From Torpedo marmorata (lineage: Eukaryota): a stretch of 64,000 bases of DNA. Below, in pieces: positions 35,006-48,514 of this stretch. Under the pieces are notes generated by a model that saw only the letters and a list, made by a program, of their open reading frames with translations, was not told the origin of the DNA and made no database searches. The stretch is from positions 9,982,001 through 10,046,000 of the forward strand of contig OZ360224.1 in assembly GCA_977017645.1 (NCBI GenBank). Direction: 5' to 3'. Every line of letters starts with the position of its first letter. The stretch's first letter is position 1. The translations under genes were made by a program, and so were the position numbers.

Positions 35006-35225
35006 CAGTAAAATCCCTGTTATCCAGAATTCAAGCAACCGGCAGCCTCAAGCAACTGGCAAAAAAATTCAGAAAATAAATAGATAAAAAATAAGAAAGT
35101 TTAAAATTGGCGCCACCTTGTGGTTAGGTCACCAATCACGCAACATGCAATCTCAAGCAACTGGCAAATTCACTTATCCGGCATCTATCAATCCCCATAG
35201 GTGCCGGATACCGGAGGTTTTACTG
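35006..35225. mobile_element. Tigger-like MITE
   Basis: TIR CAGTAAAA(T/C)C / GTTTTACTG, with TA on the right. Internal TCAAGCAAC(C/T)GGCA repeats. Confidence 0.7.
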
Positions 35226-35469
35226 TATTAAGTTTTGTTTTCAAAGTGTTCTTATTTATTATCACACAAGATATATAGAATACTTAAAGACACGGCCAGC
35301 ACCATGCCCCCACCCAATTGAGTTATAGTGCCCCCCACCCACCCACAGGCCAAGCCTTTGGCGCAAAACTTTTTAAATTAATTTATATTTATCATATTAA
35401 AAGTAACCTTTTCGCTAAATGAAATTAAATGAAATAAAAACAAAAATAAGAAAAGAAAATTTCATACAC

Positions 35470-35985
35470 GTGTGATGTCAGAAAGGAAGTTACATTGGTA
35501 AATTATTTAGATCTCCAACGGGCAGCAGGATCCTGATTACGCATTTCTCCGCCCATTTTTGGCAGGTTGGACATGAGGTGAATCTAACGTCAGCCGGCTC
35601 CAGGCAGCAGCGCCTGAGCCTTTGTCGCGGGTCCTGCAAATTATTTTTCTTCTGCTCACCCATTCTGGGATCTTGCATTTAACAGAGAGAACGGTGGGGC
35701 TGGGGCTCCTTGGTGGATTTGTAGCTTATTTCGCCGCCCCCTCCCAAAAAGAAAAAGGCTTCGGCGACATTACGAAAGAAGGAAGGAAGGAACAAAGCGC
35801 CAGTGTGTGGCCGATTCCTGGAGCTCACGGACAGCTGCATCGAGTCCCCGGGGCGCGTGCTTCGATTGTGACGATGGTTTGCGGCAGATTTACCGCTGAG
35901 TGAGTTCTCGAACGGCAGCTTGTGCCCCACCGCGGTTACCCTAATGCCCCCCGATTAGATCTCTTCCGACGCTGACGCTGCTTAA
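35470..35985 (+). promoter_or_regulatory. CpG-rich unique region; candidate promoter and first exon
   Basis: Many intact CpGs in a CpG-poor background. E-box CACGTG, GGAAGT, ATTGG and CCGCCC motifs. Donor-like GA|GTGAGT at 35900. Confidence 0.35.
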
Positions 35986-36231
35986 AGAATTTCTGATATT
36001 GAATAACAAAAGAACAAGCAGGGCGGGCATCGAGCATTTGTTAATTTCATTCCGTCCAATGCAAACTGAGACATATATTTGTCAAAAAATTCTGGGTTCC
36101 TTAAATAGTTAAGTATGAAATCAAAACTGAGCAATGTTGAAGCATGCAAGCTTAATAGGTTGTGTTGAAAGGAACAACAAAGGTGCACTCTTGTAAAGCC
36201 CTCTGGTTCTTCTGTGAACATCTTGCAGCAA

Positions 36232-36372
36232 AAGTGAAACACGAAAGTCTGCAGACGCTGTGATTGTAGTAATAACACACCGAAATGCTGGAGCCACTCA
36301 GCCGGTCTTGCAACGTCCATCGGAGATAAAGATATATTGCCGGCCTTTCGGGCCTGAGCCCTTCTTCAATAA
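36232..36372 (-). mobile_element. Solo Penelope pLTR of a second subfamily, with a TTGAAGA hammerhead variant
   Basis: AACACGAAAGTCTGCAGAC...GCTGGAG...TTTCGGGCCTGAGCCCTTCTTCAA. Confidence 0.75.
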
Positions 36373-36909
36373 ATAGGCAAAGACTTATCTCACAGCAAAC
36401 TCCCTGTTGTTTAAATGCTCCACAAATCCTCAGGCCCTAGTAAAATCAGGCTGCTAATGCAGCTGGTGATGGCACTGTTGACTTTGGATTATGGATGCAT
36501 TCTCTAGAGATAAAAAGTAAACACACCCCTGGGGATTTGAATTTGAATTTCAAACAATACAAAGTATGAAAAGAAGAAACCACTGGTAGTGGCTAAAATT
36601 ATTTTAATGTTGCTCATCTCTCCACCATGTCTACAGAGGAGATGAAGAAGGAAATGCATTTTTAAAGGGGTTTCAGGTAAAGAACAAAGAAAACCTAGCA
36701 GGTTCTCAGTTTTGGAAATAATACACTCCAAAGATAATTGTCTACAAACATAGCCTCAGAGAAATTACCGGTAGCTAAATAAATACTCACAGTAATACAC
36801 TTGCATGTTCTGTAAAATAATTCATTGAATATTTATTAGCATTATAAAAAATAATAGTCTTCAAACTAATTACATTAATTTTAAAATATTTTTGAATATT
36901 TACAAATAT

Positions 36910-37892
36910 GCCTGAGGGAAGACCTCAGGCAGTCTGGATTGGAAACAACACTTCTAAGGTCATTACATTGAGCGCGGGGGCTCCCCAGGGCTGTGTGCTT
37001 AGTCCATTGCTGTTCACTCTGCTGACTCATGACTATGCAGCAAAACACAGCTCGAATCACATCATAAAGTTCGCTGATGATACGACCGTGGTGGGCCTTA
37101 TCAGCAAGAACGATGAGTCAGCATACAGAGATGAGGTGCAGTCGCTAATGGAATGGTGCGGAAACAACAACCTGCAGCTGAATGTAAACAAAACAAAAGA
37201 GTTGGTTGTCGACTTCAGGAGGGCCCGGGGGGATCATTCTCCATTGACCATGGACGGCTCTACCGTTGAGGTCGTAAAGAGTACCAAGTTTCTTGGAGTG
37301 CACTTGGCGAGAGTCTCACCTGGTCCCTCAACACCAGTTCCATAGTCAAGAAAGCCCAGCAGCGTCTTTACTCCCTGCGAAGGCTGAGGAAAGTTCATCT
37401 TCCACCCTCTTATCCTTACTACATTCTACAGCGGATGTATTGAGAGTATTCTGAGCAATTGCATCACCGCTTAGTTTAGAAACTGTACCATCTCGGACTG
37501 AAAGACCCTGCAGAGGATAGTGGGGTCAGCGGAGAAAATTATTGGTGTCTCTCTTCCCACCATGACGGACATCTACAACACACGATGCATGAGGAAGGCT
37601 AATAACATTGTGAAGGACTTCTCACACCCCTTTGGTAAACTGTTTTCTCTTTTGCCATCTGGAAGGAGGTACCGAAGCACTCGGGCTCGTACGTCCAGGT
37701 TGTGCAACAGTTTTTTCCCCCAAGCCATCAGGCTCCTCAATTTTTAGATATATATGTGTATTAGCATGTTATAGTTTTTTTTATTGTATTATGATATTTA
37801 TGTACATCTGCCCATGGTCCTGGAGAAACGTTATCTCGTCATACTGTGTATATGGTAATGAACGACAAATAAAGGTGACTTGACTTGACTTG
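36910..37892 (+). mobile_element. Rex1/Babar LINE RT fragment
   Basis: GAPQGCVLSPLLF, IIKFADDTTVVGLI, followed by a (GACTT)n tail. Confidence 0.9.
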
Positions 37893-39638
37893 AAATACCG
37901 TATCACCTATTAATGCACTCCTGGTCAGCATTGCATGATTAGCTCCTCCTGCATACCTATGTTTTATATAATAGGCTGGCAATGGAATTTCCACCAGTTG
38001 TGCGGAAATCAAGACGAGAGATTTTTAGTCAATTATAAAAGAAGGGAATTCCTATTTCTTTACTTGAGGTCCAGACATTACAGTATTATAGAAGTTTAGA
38101 CATTACAGTATTATATTTCTCAGCTCATGCTAGAAAACACCACCTTTTCTCTGTTCTCTACATTGTGAGCTTAACCTTGTGTTCACCCATGATCAACCTG
38201 CGGTGTCTAGGGACTGACTAATCACCCTTGTTGACTACAGCACCATTACAGCTGAGAAGTGTTAGTTTAACAATAATACCTGATTTGTCACAAACTATCG
38301 TAAGTTTGGGTTTCCCTGTGATCTGATCATTTCAACCCCTCCCCGCCATTCCTGATCTGAAGAGAGAGCTTCAAGTCTCCATTCTAACATCCATACCAGC
38401 TGTTTGATAGAATCTTTTATGGTCGATCACGATTTTGATAGTTACAAATAGCATTACTCCACTCCAATGGAAGTACATATCCACAATGAGGTTACATGTC
38501 ACGTGGGGAAAGAAAAACATTTTAAATCTTCTGATCTCTACTCAAACTAACCTAACAATGTGGTGACATAAAATGCCAAATGTAAACGAACAAGCCTTTA
38601 GCACACTTTCTCGGGGCTTTCAATTGAAAAGATCATTTTTAACCATAAGCATTTCCAAAGAGGCCGATTTTGATTGTGTTATGAGTGTTATGTGTCTGTG
38701 AATGGTCAACACCTACAGGAAGTCAGAGAAAAAAGATATGGTTATAGAGACAAATGATGCCACTCTCTTTCTCTCTTTCCATCCTTCTCTCTGTCATTTT
38801 GTCCTCGCAGCATGTAAACAACCTTGATTCTCTCAGGATATCTATGGATACTTGGTCAATTTCTGGAATTGTGGGCACAAACTGTCCTTATTGCATCAAC
38901 ACTCATCTCTGTTAATATAGGTACAGTTATAACCACTCTTACTGCAGACAGTGCTGCAACAGTATGGACACATGAGTGTGATGTACTTTGCTGTTGAAAT
39001 AAATTCCATTGAAATCAGCGTGCTTATGGATATGACACAGCTATCACTATTGATCATTGATGAATTTATAGGCAATTACACCTATCAGTGTGATGGAGAG
39101 TGGAATGATGCAATTAAATATTTCTTTCTTTGTGCACCCAATGACAGCTTTGAACCTGATAAAACATTTAGTACAGAATATCCATTCTTTGCATAACCAC
39201 AACCTGACTTCAAACTTAGAGCCCCTGCACTCTATTTTCTCTTCCCACACTAAACATCCTTGAAACCCTTCTATGCAAGGTTCCACAATTACTGGTGAAT
39301 TGTGGAATGTCTCCTCAGGGACTATGGCTGAGACCGCCTGAGCCAACTGTCTGGAACTGAGCTGGAGTCAAATCACAGAGACAGGAGAACTACATTCCAA
39401 TTTAATATACTGCCCATTTCTGAGGCAAGCAAAAAGTCAAAAGATTTTCATTCAAAGTCACTTATAAGGCATTTGTGATTCTGAAAACAAAATCAAAATT
39501 GAAGCGATTTACATCAAGCGACCATAAAAAATCACATTCTAACCACCTTCTCATAACACTTCCATGAAACTTCTACCAAGGGAGAAATACTTCACAAGAG
39601 TATTTGCAACATTTATGAATGTGAGTGATATGGTATTA

Positions 39639-40437
39639 CAGGGGCTCCCTGGGTAATGAATGACCTGACTTACAAAAATCTGACTTTATGCAAATTCTCC
39701 CATACAATTTTGAAGCATTTTGTAAGAACACAGATCAGTACAGCACAGGCCTCCGGGCCTATGTCTGCACAGAACATGATGCCCAAGTGAACTAAAGCTC
39801 TGCTGCTTGCCCTAACCCAAACCCTATCCGTCTTTACCCTGCATCTTCATGTGTCGATCTAGAAGCCTCTTAAACACTGCTATTATATCTCGTTCCACTA
39901 CTACCCCTGGCAGCCAATTCCAGGCACCTACCACTCACCACGTCAAAAACGTGCCCTGCACATTTCTTTTATGCTCCCCCCACCCCCCCCCTTAAGTACG
40001 CATCCTCTTGTATGTGACATGTTTACCCTGGGAAAGACCAGTAATAATGATAATAAAATGTTTAATGTAATTCATTAATGACTGGATACAGTATACATTC
40101 CATTTGTTTAATTATGGCTAGTATAACATGGATGATATATATCTTGTTTACCATTGTTTACTATCTGTAATTTTATTTTACTTTTACCTGAACTTTATAT
40201 CATATGTATCTATGTATTTGATTTTTTTTCTTCTCAAAAACCAATAAAAAGATTGAAAAAGAAGAATGATGGCTAGTATTAGGATGATTATTTAATAATA
40301 TGAAAGAATTATAGCAAGGGTATCTCGAGCAAAAAGATAAGGGTTACTGTAGAAAATGGATGTTTCTGACTTAAGGAGAAATTGGCGTACAACCAGGTCC
40401 CAGAACTCGAATGCTTACGTAACCCATGGGCTGCCTG
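39639..40437. mobile_element. Degenerate Tigger-like element with nested CR1 (about 39725-40035) and L1-like 3' (about 40040-40262) fragments
   Basis: TA|CAGGGGCTCCCTGGGTAATG ... CGTAACCCATGGGCTGCCTG|TA. Confidence 0.6.
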
Positions 40438-41062
40438 TACATGTTAACCATTATCAGGAAGAGATTCTAAACAGAAATGTATAATTTTTACATTATTATT
40501 CAATACCCGTTGATTTTCTGCTTAAGGTTTACTTTAGGTTATATTTGCTCAAATCTGATTTCTACTAACTTTATTTGTATCTCATTCTACATCTCAAAAT
40601 TGATTTAGACACAAAAATAAATAATTCTCATTCTTGAGCATGCATACCCTTTGAGAAGAGTCTGTTCTAGATCTTTATCACAGTTTATGTGCAAATGTAT
40701 TTCCTGGATTTATTGCTGAATATCCAAGATAAAGACACTGACTCCCACTTTACATTCGCTCACTGAAGGAAATAATCCACACCTCCCCATCCTTTCCCTT
40801 GAATCAATTAAAATATTTTGGAGAGATCACTCCTCAAACTTTCCAAAAAAGATAATACAAGTCAGATCCATGCCACCTGGCTTTCAGTCCTCCTATTATG
40901 TTAATGTTTATGTTATCTTCCTGGTCCAATATACATCTCTGAGGTATAAGTCCCAAAATTGAATACAGAAAGCCAGATGAGAGTAGTTAATATTCAGTGT
41001 TACTGGAGCATTAAAACCTTTTGATATAAAAACCTTTTGATATAAAGGCTGACAATCCTTTT

Positions 41063-43266
41063 TTAAAAAATATTTTATTTAAAATTTTAAATCACTCGAT
41101 AATACATATTTATAAAATGCAAAATTATCAAAATACATGTGATATATTTTCACCCCCCCCTCCCTCCCTCCCTTCCCTCCCTAACCCTCCCACCCTTACT
41201 ATTCTAATAATATAGAAAGAAAGAAAAAGATAAAGTAAGGAGAATGTCAATCTCAAAAGAACAACTATAAACTAATTTTATTGTGGAACACAGGTTCGCC
41301 AGTCAGATCTGATATCAAGAGATCTTCAAATCCTTAGACCCACAGTTTTTATATATGGGCTCCATATTTTCAAAAAGAAATGATATTTGTTACGTAAATT
41401 ATAAGTAATTTTTTTCAAGTGGTATAGCTGAACGAAGTTCTGTATGCCATCTTTCTAACCCTAAATCTACATCAGATTTTCATGTAATAGCAATGCATTT
41501 CTTTGAAACAGCTAAAGCAATTCGCAAAAATTCTATTTGATACATATTTAATCTCATTTTAATACTAATTATTTTAATATCTCCAAACAAAAATATCATA
41601 GGATCCATTGGGAGTGTAATTCTTAATACTTTATCTAAAAACATTTTAACTTTCAACCAGAAATCATATATCTTTGGACAGAGCCATGTAGAATGTACAA
41701 AAGAACCTTCCTCTCTATTACATCTAAAACATAAACCTGATAATGTCGGATTAAATTTCTTTAATTTCTTAGGTTTTAAATATAATTGATTCAAAAAGTT
41801 ATATTGCACTAACCTATATCTAACGTTAATAATCTTTGTCATACTTTGTTTACATATTTCTCTCCAATGTTCTTCATCTAATGTTACATTCAAATCCGAT
41901 TCCCATTTTAATCTTGATTTATGAATTCCTAGTTTAGGCAATTTTCTCTGTAACAATCTATACATTTGAGAAATAAATTTATTTATATCCCCATTAGTAA
42001 CTAATAGTTCCAATTCACTTTGTCTTGGTAAAGTTAAACTATAACCCAACCTTTCAACTAAAAATGCTCTAATTTGATAATAAGTAATAAATTTACTAGC
42101 TTCAAAACAATCATTTATTTTTTTAATTCCTTTTTGAAACCAAATTTTAAATAATTGATTGTTAATAGTAAATGGAATAAGTTTATTTTGATATAAAGGC
42201 ATTTTTCGAGAAATTAACCCTTTCCCTCCTATCTCCCTATCCATTTTATTCCATATTTCTAACAGATGTTTTAAAATAGGAGAATTATTACCTTTCCTTA
42301 ATAATAATTTAGAATTCCATTTGTAAATAACTTCTTCTTTCAAATCCTCTCCTATATTATTTAATTCTATTCTAATCCAAGCAGAAGATTTTTCTAAATC
42401 AAACATTTCATTAATAAATTTTAATTGAGCTGCTTTATAATAATTTTGAAAATTGGGAAGTTGTAAACCTCCCATTTCGTAATCCCGAGTTAATTTCTCC
42501 ATACCTACTCTGGCCAAATTTCCCTTCCACAAAAATTTCCTAACAATTAAATTTAAATCTTTAAAGAATTTTTGAGGAATTTCATAAGGAATTGATTGAA
42601 AAATATATTGAATTCTTGGAAAAACATTCATTTTAATACAATTTACCCTTCCTATTAAAGTTATAGGTAAATCATTCCAACTTTCTAAATCTTTTTTAAT
42701 ATTCATAAATAATGGTAGATAATTTAATTTATATAAATTAGCTAATTTTGTGTCTGTTTTTATTCCCAAATATTTAATTCCATTATTTGACCATTTAAAT
42801 CGAGTAATTTCTTTACATTTATTGTAATCTCCTTGTGTCAATGCCATAATTTCACTTTTATCAGAATTAATCTTATAACCAGATATTTCCCCATATTCTC
42901 TCAATAAAACAGTCAGTTGCATTAAAGAATCAATAAGTTTTGTCATGTAAATCAATACATCATCTGCAAACAAACTAATTTTATGTTCTTCTTTTCCAAC
43001 TTTAATACCTACAATTTTAATATCTTGTCTAATTAATTCTGCTAAAGGTTCTATTGCTAAAATAAACAATGCTGGCGACAAAGGGCATCCTTGTCTAGTT
43101 GACCTAGTCAAAGAAAATTTTGAAGAAATTTGTCCATTTGTCACTATTCTGGCAGAGGGTTCTTTATATAAAGTTTTAATCCAATTAATAAATGTAGTTC
43201 CAAAATCAATTTTTTCCAACATTTTAAATAAATAATTCCACTCTAATCTATCAAAAGCCTTTTCGA
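41063..43266 (-). mobile_element. L1-clade LINE, 5'-truncated
   Basis: 597-aa ORF2 part (EKAFDRLEW, TRQGCPLSP, LFADD, CFRC..HSTWLC). 14-bp TSD CTGACAATCCTTTT at 41049-41062 and 43267-43280. Confidence 0.93.
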
Positions 43267-43592
43267 CTGACAATCCTTTTGATTACTTTTGCACCTGTGT
43301 GCTGTCTTTTAGTAATTTTTGTAAATCCATTTAATTCTCCACAGATCCTAGTTTTCCAACTTTAAGAAAGCATTCTGTTTGCTCAGATCCATAATAAATG
43401 ACCTTACATTTCCCTACTGTAGTTTTATTCATTGACTTAATGTTTTTGATCCTTTTTAATGTTTTCCTCCTAACCACACTACTTGCCTCCAAACACTGCC
43501 TTTCACAAACTTGGTTATGTGCCAGCTCCATAAATGGTTACTATGCCCCTTTAACTGTATCCTCCAACAGCCCCACATCTGTCTGAGATCAC

Positions 43593-44414
43593 TGTTACGT
43601 CTCAGACCAGCAGCAATAGAAATTCGCGACGCCAGTTATTTTTAAAACAATATTTTTATTATTACTAATAATATAACACCTTATCTAACGTATCTAAACT
43701 TAACTCTATGCGCGAATAAACTTATATATGTGTGTGTGTGTGTGATACCCAAAACCATTACAGCTTAGGCACAATTCTGGAAAGTCATTCTAACGTCAGT
43801 CTTAGACATCCAGTGTTGACACGAAGACTCTTAAACTGATGCAAAGAAGTAATCACGAAGGAGGTGGGAGAGACTGAGTGACCAGACTGCCGAAAACTCA
43901 CGAATCCTTGTTGAGTTGCTTCCAGAGCGAATGTCCTTTCAGACGAGTGGTTGTCACAACTCCCCTTTTCCTTTCGTAGGGGAACCGAAACGTGTGACTT
44001 CCACGAAGCTTCTAAAACCCAGGCATGGGTCAATCAAAGTGACCTTTCCTTTGGTCACGGTGTTGTTCAATAATTCCCTTGACAGGAAGAATCAAACAAA
44101 TTGTCCATCACCACACAGAGCCACTCCAGCACAGTGTTCCTTCAGATGGCTGCTGCTCACAAAGTGCTGTTCCTTTAAAATGGCTGCTGATCACAAAGTG
44201 TGCTGTTCCTTTAATGTTTCACTCACATGTCTCTCCACACCTGTCCCTGGATAAAAGCAACAAATGTTCTTTTGCTTCCTCCAGAGGATAAACTTTGGGC
44301 ACAGTCTGTACCTGATTGTTGCCAACTTAGTTCTCTCCACAGTTGTGAATGGTCACAGCTTATACTAGCCCTTAAAGTGGCAGTCACACTAAAAAGAAAT
44401 GGGAGCTCGTAATA
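43593..44414 (-). mobile_element. Solo LTR (Gypsy-like)
   Basis: TGTTACG...CGTAATA termini, 4-bp TSD TCAC on both sides, and AATAAA on the minus strand near 43655. Confidence 0.75.
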
Positions 44415-45393
44415 TCACCGTACTTCTTCTCTGATCTTGCTTTCTTCTCTAATTTCATATCCCCATAGTTACTCGCTGTGCCTTCAATTATGGATTTTCC
44501 TCCATAAACCTCTCAGCGTCTTTCACTCACTCCTCCTAGTTGACCAAGTTTACCTGTTCCAGCATCTCTTTGCATAGTGCAATCTCTTCTTCATAGTTAG
44601 CATATTAAACTATGATAAAAGAGCCACATAAAGTTAGATTGTCACAAAATTAAAATATCTAGATTAATCAGGCATGACCTATTCTTCATAAATGCACATT
44701 AACAATTTTATAAGACCTAATTTGTGTCAAAGTATTTAATCACTATGATTTGGGTAGTAAGAGAGAAGTGGTGAGAGTTGGACAACAGTGGGAGGATATT
44801 GGATGGCTTAACACAAGAACTGCATAGGATGGAATCTTGAGTGAACAAGAGAAGCTGGAGGAATTCAGGGGGTCAAGCAGCATCCATGGAGAGAAATAGT
44901 CAGTCAACATCTCAGATTGGGACTCTTTATCAAGACTTGCCATTTCTCTCCATCTGGTTGACTGGCCAATTCTCTCCATAGATGCTGCCTGACCCGCTGA
45001 AGTCCCTCCAGGTTGGTTGGGACTGGACAATAGGGGATTGGATCACAAAGAGATGCAATCATAAGGTTTCCAAGATTTCAAAGGTGGGGGTACAATTGGT
45101 GGTACAGTGGGTTGGGATAGGTGGTAGAGTTGTTGGGGATTATGTATAATTGCTCCTTCTGGCTGAAAGACAATGTTACAAAGGCACCTGCTTACTCCAT
45201 TTAGCCATACTCAACTGTCTGAATTTGCAGAATCTCAGATGGCCTACTTTGAATCAGGGACAGATATACAATCTTAGTCATGAGTTCCAAGAAGCTATTT
45301 TAAATGATTGACTTACATCTAGAGTTAATGATGGGCCCCTCGCTCAGTCTGATTCCATTAAAACCAAAGGATGGAGTGATGGAGTGATATGTA

Positions 45394-46209
45394 ATGGCGG
45401 CGCTGCCGGAGCCGCTGTAGCGGCAGCGCTTCTGCTGGTGCCGACCCGCGGGGAGCGAGGGAGCGGAGATACAGCGCTCCCATGGGGTCCAACCGCCCAG
45501 TTGACTGCCGTCGGTTCCGCACGGGCTTTGAACGGCCCGTTAAAGGAGCCAACGGTGGTTTTGTTTAAGATCCAGCGACCACGGGGTCTGCGCCCAAGAT
45601 GGCAGCGCCTTTTAACCGGCAGCAGCCACGAGGGAAGCGGAGGACTGGAGCAGGGCACCAGAGGACGGGAAGATCACCCCACGTCTGAGAAGGAGAAGCG
45701 GAGGAGATGACCCATGGGACGGTGACCACGGCGGCGGACCAGTGAGGGGCTCTGAGGCTGAAGGACCAGTGCTTGCGGCGGGCTGCTGGCGACTCGAGGC
45801 GAGGAACCCGAGGAGGCTGTGGGCTGCTGGAGACTGCTGTCGGGGGACTTATGCTGGGCTGCGGACTGCTGGAGGCTGGCTCGAACTGGCTGGAGGAGTA
45901 CCAGGTATTGGAACCGGGATGTGAGGGGGTGCCGAGGGCGACCTGACCGTGTCGGAGGTTCGGATGTGGATTTCGGGTTGCCGATGGTTTGGACTGGACT
46001 CTGTGTGGCTGCGGAAACGCTGGAGGTGAATCTATGGACACTCGGTGACTCTGGGGGACTCTCTTTTGCTTCTCTTTCTCTGACTGTAAGGAACGTTAGA
46101 GACGCTTAGGCAATTTCTGCCGGTGGCGAATCTGTCTGCCTTTCAGCAGGCAAAAAGAAATTTCATGGAATATGACACTGTCTTATTACTATGACAATAA
46201 ATTGAATCT
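45394..46209 (+). mobile_element. Non-coding GC-rich non-autonomous retroelement with Rex1-like tail
   Basis: Starts ATGGCGGCG and ends ATGACAATAAATTGAATCTTGA. TSD TGATAT(G/T)TA at 45385-45393 and 46210-46218. No RT motifs. Confidence 0.65.
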
Positions 46210-46748
46210 TGATATTTACAATTTTCTAATCCAAAGGCACAATTCTAAATTTAAAGAGCTTTGATTGAATTTGGAACTTTTGTAGTCTATATAATTCAGT
46301 AGGAGTCTAGGAAGTTTACTTGAACATTGAACCACGAAGCAATTGTAGTCTCAGACATTTATATCGGAATAAAGTCCCTTGATGGCTTGATCCAGAATAC
46401 ATCATGTAGACCAAAAAGTCACAGGTTCATCATGCAGTCTTTTGGTTGCTTAAACCAGTTGTGTCATATTGGACTTTACAGCAGATCTGACAGCTAGAAC
46501 TGGAATATTCTATTTTTATTTATTGTTTGTGATCTGGTTTTCACTGCCAGCGTTTATTGCCCTACTCTGACTGCCATTGAAATTATGATTTGAGCTGCTG
46601 TAGCTGCTTTAACATATTGAGGAATGGAACACAGAGAAGTGATTAGATTTGTGAAAGCTTGACGATGGCTTAAAACCATGTGCGGAGTTTTGAAAGATGA
46701 AGTCATCTGATCCTGTTAATGATACCTGCACCACTCTCCTCAGGACAA

Positions 46749-46926
46749 CTGGAGAAACTCAGCAGGCCAGCATCCTTAGGAAGTAAAAGGCAGCTGACGA
46801 TGAAGGGTTCAGGCCTGAAATGTTGACTGCTTTTTACTTCCTATGGATGCTGCGTTGCCGACTGAGTTTCTCCAGCACTTTTGTGTACTGCACTAGACCC
46901 CAGCATCTGCAGATTTTCTTGTTACT
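46749..46926. mobile_element. Inverted Penelope pLTR mini-element (a degenerate relative lies at about 44850-45010)
   Basis: CTGGAGAAACTCAG...CTGAGTTTCTCCAG arms around GATGAAGGGTTCAGGCCTGAAA. 12-bp TSD TCCTCAGGACAA at 46737-46748 and 46927-46938. Confidence 0.75.
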
Positions 46927-47336
46927 TCCTCAGGACAATTTTCCTTTCCCCAAGGAAAAAAAAAGAAAAAGCATAGAAGAAGCCAGTATCTTTACTTAGG
47001 CTGGGATGTGTGGCATTGAGCGTATATGAATTAAATAGAATTGAATTGTTTATTCTCACATGTACAGAGATACAGTGAAAAACTTTGCTTTTCATGCTGT
47101 TCCGGTAAGAAAACTTATGCATAGTACAACAAGAAGTACAGGACTGAAAACAAAAGGGCAGAGGGTAGTGATACAATAAAATAAGAGTGCAAGTTTGTGG
47201 TGTCACAAGAAACAAAAAGTGGAATGTACAGTGTTAAAGAGAAGAGTATAGTTAACAGTGTAATCTTTTAGTAATGAGAGATCCATTCGAGATTCGGATA
47301 CTAGCAGGAAAGAAACAGTTCTTGAATCTGGACGTG

Positions 47337-48514
47337 AAGTGAAACATGAAAGTCTGCAGACGCTGTGATTGTAGTAAAAACACAAAAATGCTGGAGGAAC
47401 TCAGCAGGTCTCGCAGCATCCATAGGAAGTAAAGATGTATAACCGATGTTTCAGGCCTGAGCCATTCTTCAAGGTAAGAGCAAAAAGCAGGAAAGCACCT
47501 TTTATTCAGGCACCTGTCTGCTTTTTATTCATACCTTGGAGAAGGGCTCAGGCCCGAAACTTTGGCTGTATATCTTTATCTCTGTAGTGTGGATTGTGGA
47601 GGGTCATGTGGCCTCTCCGGTTCGAGCCTAGTCGGAAGTCACCTCACCTGCCAATCAAGGGTTAAATCTGCCCACCTGTGAGGCTGATGCGTGATTGGCC
47701 CTGGCAGCTGACGTGATTGGTCCTTCAGGTGCCAATCAATGGTTAGATCTGCCCAAAGGTGAGGGCTGATGCACGATTGGTCCTCGCAGGTCACGTGGAC
47801 GGGCCGTGCATTAAAAAAGCAGCACGTGCAGTCTCTCTGTCTCTCTTTCTTTGTTTGCTGCTGCCTTCAAACCATCCCTGAAGCCCAGGAAGCTCCAGAG
47901 GGTCAACTGCAATGGGCCAGTCCCGGATCCCGAGCCATGGTTGATGCTGGAAACCAGGTTTATATGTATGTACTTGTTAGTTGTGACCATTGCTGAGCTC
48001 CAGGCTGTAGGCAGCTCTGGAGGGCTGACTGCAATGGGCCCATCCCAAATCCAGAGCAGGAGCCACACTGGAGACCAGGTTTATATGTATGCACTCGTTT
48101 ATTTGTTACGTGCTATACTGTGCCTGTGGGTGGTGGGTGCTGAACAAGTTAAACCCTCGTTTCTCCGTATACCGTGCCTGTGGGTGGTGGGTGCTGAACA
48201 AGTTAAACCCTCATTTCTCAGTATACCGTGCCTGTGGGTGGTGGGTGCTGAACAAGTTAAACCCTTGTTTTTCGATATACCATGCCTGTGGGTGGTGGGT
48301 GCTGAACAAGTTAAACACTCGTTTCTCGGTATACTGTGCCTATGTGCTGTGTATGTAAGTCTGTGAGTGTGTGCCCTTTTTGTGAATTCCCCTGTGTGTA
48401 AATAAAGACCACTATTTGTTCATAACATGTGTGCAGCCCTGATTCTCTTTGAACCTGTCGAACCTATTCTGAACACAACTACCTCCTAAGGAAGCTGTGA
48501 GACCTGCTGAGTTC
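47337..48514. mobile_element. Inverted Penelope pLTR, split by a solo LTR
   Basis: TSD CTTGAATCTGGA(C/G)GTG at 47321-47336 and 48515-48530. Opposed hammerhead-like motifs near 47445-47475 and 47535-47562. Confidence 0.75.
47583..48481 (+). mobile_element. Solo LTR with a 4 x 57-bp tandem repeat (48115-48340)
   Basis: Starts TGTAGTG. Contains multiple CCAAT/ATTGG boxes, TTAAAAA near 47811 and AATAAA at 48401. Flanks are TCTC/CCTC; the 3' terminus is degenerate. Confidence 0.65.

Noticed and set aside
38073-38117. Short direct duplications (also about 41013-41047)
   Set aside because: Ordinary slippage duplications of about 18 bp with no further structure.
48115-48340. Regular repeats resembling a CRISPR array
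   Set aside because: The 57-bp units are similar along their whole length with no unique spacers, there are no cas genes, and they lie inside a eukaryotic solo LTR.
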